Source: Octopus sinensis (taxonomy: Eukaryota). Taken from it: a stretch of 50,610 bases of DNA. Each line of letters starts with the position of its first letter. Position 1 is the first letter of the stretch. Positions 49,761 to 50,610 of this stretch are shown piece after piece. The notes under the pieces are model-generated. The model ran no database searches and was not told the DNA's origin. It worked only from the letters and a program-made list of their open reading frames with translations. The stretch covers positions 1 through 50,610 of the forward strand of contig NW_021834258.1 in NCBI RefSeq assembly GCF_006345805.1, in the 5' to 3' direction. The translations under genes and the position numbers were made by a program.

Positions 49761-49959
49761 CATTAAGAATGAATCTGCGGTTTATTTGTGCCAAAACCTT
49801 CAAACTAGTGACCCAACATTCTTATCTGTGGTTTAATGGCCTATTTAAGTTATTGTCGTTGATAGACTAAATTCTTTTCTCTTCAGAAAAATTTACAACC
49901 TGTCACTCATCGAGTATGACCAAATTATAAGAAAACACGTTAAACAGTAAAGAGAAGAG

Positions 49960-50320
49960 GACTAAGCACTGGGGTACTAGCCTTCTCTGCGTAATGGCTT
50001 TTGAATCTCGTCCAAGATAGTTGACAACAGAAGTCCTTCTACTCAAAAAACTCGCTAGCCATCGAAGGGTTTTGCATCAGTGTCACATTTTCTTGAATTT
50101 TTCAGAAAGACTAAGTGACAGATACTGTCAAAAGCCTTCGACACATCCAAACATATAATATTAGTCGATAAGCCAGAATCCCGTGCTTTCAAATTCAGTC
50201 GCTAAATGCAATTATCACAGGACCGGCATAGACGAAAACGCCAGTGATCGTGAGAAAGTCAGTGATTCTTATATATGGAACAATAGCCTTTTATAAATGA
50301 TTTTCTCTATTATCTTTGAT
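49960..50320 (-). mobile_element. Decayed jockey/CR1-like RT fragment
   Basis: TSLICCTSKIIEKIIYKRL..QHG..KAFD-like..VLSPLLF. Confidence 0.65.
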
Positions 50321-50329
50321 GTACAGCAA

Positions 50330-50590
50330 ATTAGGCTTGTAGCTCGAGATCTTTTTTTAGGATTTGGTTTTTTTAAGTAGTTACAAAGCCCCTGATACAC
50401 AAAAAAATTTTCTAATGTGTTGGCTACTTCTTTTCTACTTTTATTCAGTAGGTTCATAATAAATGCATATTTTGAATATATGTCTACTACAGACATTAAC
50501 CAAGAAAAATGATCATTTTGATTCTCAAATTTATAATAATAAGTAATACACTTTAAATCTTTTAATATCAATTAAATCGACTTGAAGCCT
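50330..50590 (-). mobile_element. Second Ginger/KRBA2-like integrase fragment
   Basis: DLK..HFSWLMSVVDIYSKYAF..LNKSRKEVANTLENFF, homologous to 20260-20460. Confidence 0.65.
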
Positions 50591-50610
50591 TTCATTGGTT
50601 AAGTCAGCGA

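Noticed and set aside
1-50610. Programmed frameshifting or a non-standard genetic code to explain broken ORFs
   Set aside because: Mini-introns explain the breaks in host genes. The remaining breaks are scattered 1-bp deletions, mostly in homopolymers, and they differ between near-identical Helitron copies. TAA, TAG and TGA all serve as stops.

Overview
AT-rich eukaryotic (metazoan) DNA; no prokaryotic operons or CRISPR. The first 5.5 kb is a very compact gene island (DERA, an ANKRD26-like gene, NDUFA10). An SLC36 amino-acid transporter lies at 12.7-14.2 kb and a 3-exon orphan gene at 36.1-36.5 kb. Every host gene is split by GT-AG introns of only about 21-31 nt, which is why the ORF track misses them. 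This intron size together with animal-type genes points to a reduced parasite such as a dicyemid (inference). The remainder is nested transposon debris: pogo/Tigger, Tc1, IS630-like, hAT, Ginger-like integrases, RTE, jockey-like, CRE-like and R4/Dong-like retroelements that resemble microsporidian ones, plus intron-bearing fragments of WDR3 and UMPS. The most structured system is a young Rep-less Helitron family (3 copies). It has head-to-tail concatemers of a ~330-bp 5' module, a 34-copy ~95-bp satellite, doubled 3' terminators, and one recurrent breakpoint (CCTTC[G/A]AGC^) at all rearrangement junctions. Many 1-bp deletions in homopolymers look like long-read errors, so frameshift-based pseudogene calls are provisional. 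Protein identifications come from manual translation and remembered family motifs, not database searches.
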